A stretch of 64,000 nucleotides of DNA, from positions 32,364,001 through 32,428,000 of the forward strand of contig OZ024746.1 in assembly GCA_964016885.1 (NCBI GenBank), written 5' to 3'. The number at the start of each line of letters is the position of its first letter. Position 1 is the first letter of the stretch. Source of the stretch: Eledone cirrhosa (Eukaryota). The notes under the pieces are model-generated. The model was not told the DNA's origin, made no database searches, and saw only the letters and a list, made by a program, of their open reading frames with translations. Shown in pieces: positions 63,068-64,000 of this stretch. The position numbers were made by a program, and so were the translations under genes.

Positions 63068-64000
63068 CGACCACTTACGAAAGATTGCCACGACTTATTT
63101 TGATTAGAAGTAAAATAGATAAATAAAAGTTTGTGGAGAGAAAGAAAGACAAAAGAAGAGAGGGAGAGAAAACTATCGTAAATTCCTCGTGACTCACATT
63201 TTTGTTTTAGATATGTAAATAGTAATATAATTGTAACGGTTTCTAATTTAGATACAAGACCAACAAGATAAAGATGGTAGTGGTGGTGGTGATTTTATCC
63301 ACCTCAGTACATAACTGGTACTTTATTTTATCGGCCCATGAATGATGGAAGGCAAAATTGACATCAGTTGGACTTGATTGAATTCAGAACATAAAAGGGT
63401 TGTAATGAATAATATTAATTTACTAATAAATTAGGGGTCGATAAAATATAGTGCCAGTAATCCACTGGGTAATTGCTGGCCTTGTGCCAAAAGTAGAAAC
63501 AATTATTAATAATTAATAATAATAATGATGATGATGACGATGATGATGATAATGGTGGTGGTGGTGATGATGATGATAATGGTAATAATGGTGATAATGA
63601 TAATGATGATGATTTCTTTTATTGGCCACAAGGGCCCAATATATTTGGGACAATACGAGGACGAAAATCGATATTTACACTGAGTAAAACAGTATAAGTA
63701 TAACAGCAACAATAATTGTTATAAATAGTCATGATAACAATATCAAACAATAACAAATATCATCTAAGAACAGCCCCCTCACCAGTAGTGGGAGGTGGCG
63801 TGGGATTGTGATTTAAGGTAATTCCAGGGAAATCTCCACATAAAACTCCCACGGAAAGTGTCCTCTCTCTGTTAGATTAGGCTCATTCAGTCGAGTCACT
63901 GTTATCCCATCTTTCATAAAACACACTAGAAGGTACCAACTCCCTTTCAACCACCACATAGAAGGCATCACATCCCTCTCCGCCGTCACTTTCATCCTTA

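Overview
AT-rich, repeat-dense animal genomic DNA. The SINE/LINE content and the (TA)n/(CA)n/(CAT)n load suggest a cephalopod mollusc such as Octopus; this is inference. Most of the supplied ORF track is microsatellite noise. One real gene can be assembled by hand on the minus strand: an N-acetylneuraminate lyase (NPL)/DHDPS-family aldolase with 10 GT-AG, phase-consistent coding exons between 52764 and 33264 (304 codons plus stop; start exon unresolved). It keeps the GTTGE motif, the catalytic Tyr and the Schiff-base Lys, but has lost the sugar-binding GxDE and GST motifs. The rest is retroelement DNA: Penelope-like (PLE) RT and GIY-YIG remnants, RTE and CR1-like LINE fragments, two tRNA-derived SINE families, a non-autonomous Helitron-like element, MITEs and minisatellites. 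The most striking unannotated signal is 13 minimal type-I hammerhead ribozyme motifs with the canonical CUGANGA...GAAA...UH core and a tiny, usually palindromic helix III, plus 2 copies of a U3-A8 core variant. Most sit in short non-coding fold-back elements with 150-200 bp arms inserted in (TA)n tracts, one sits in the terminal region of a PLE RT element, and one is in sense orientation in an NPL intron. This looks like a multi-family system of ribozyme-bearing, non-autonomous PLE-derived (retrozyme-like) elements.
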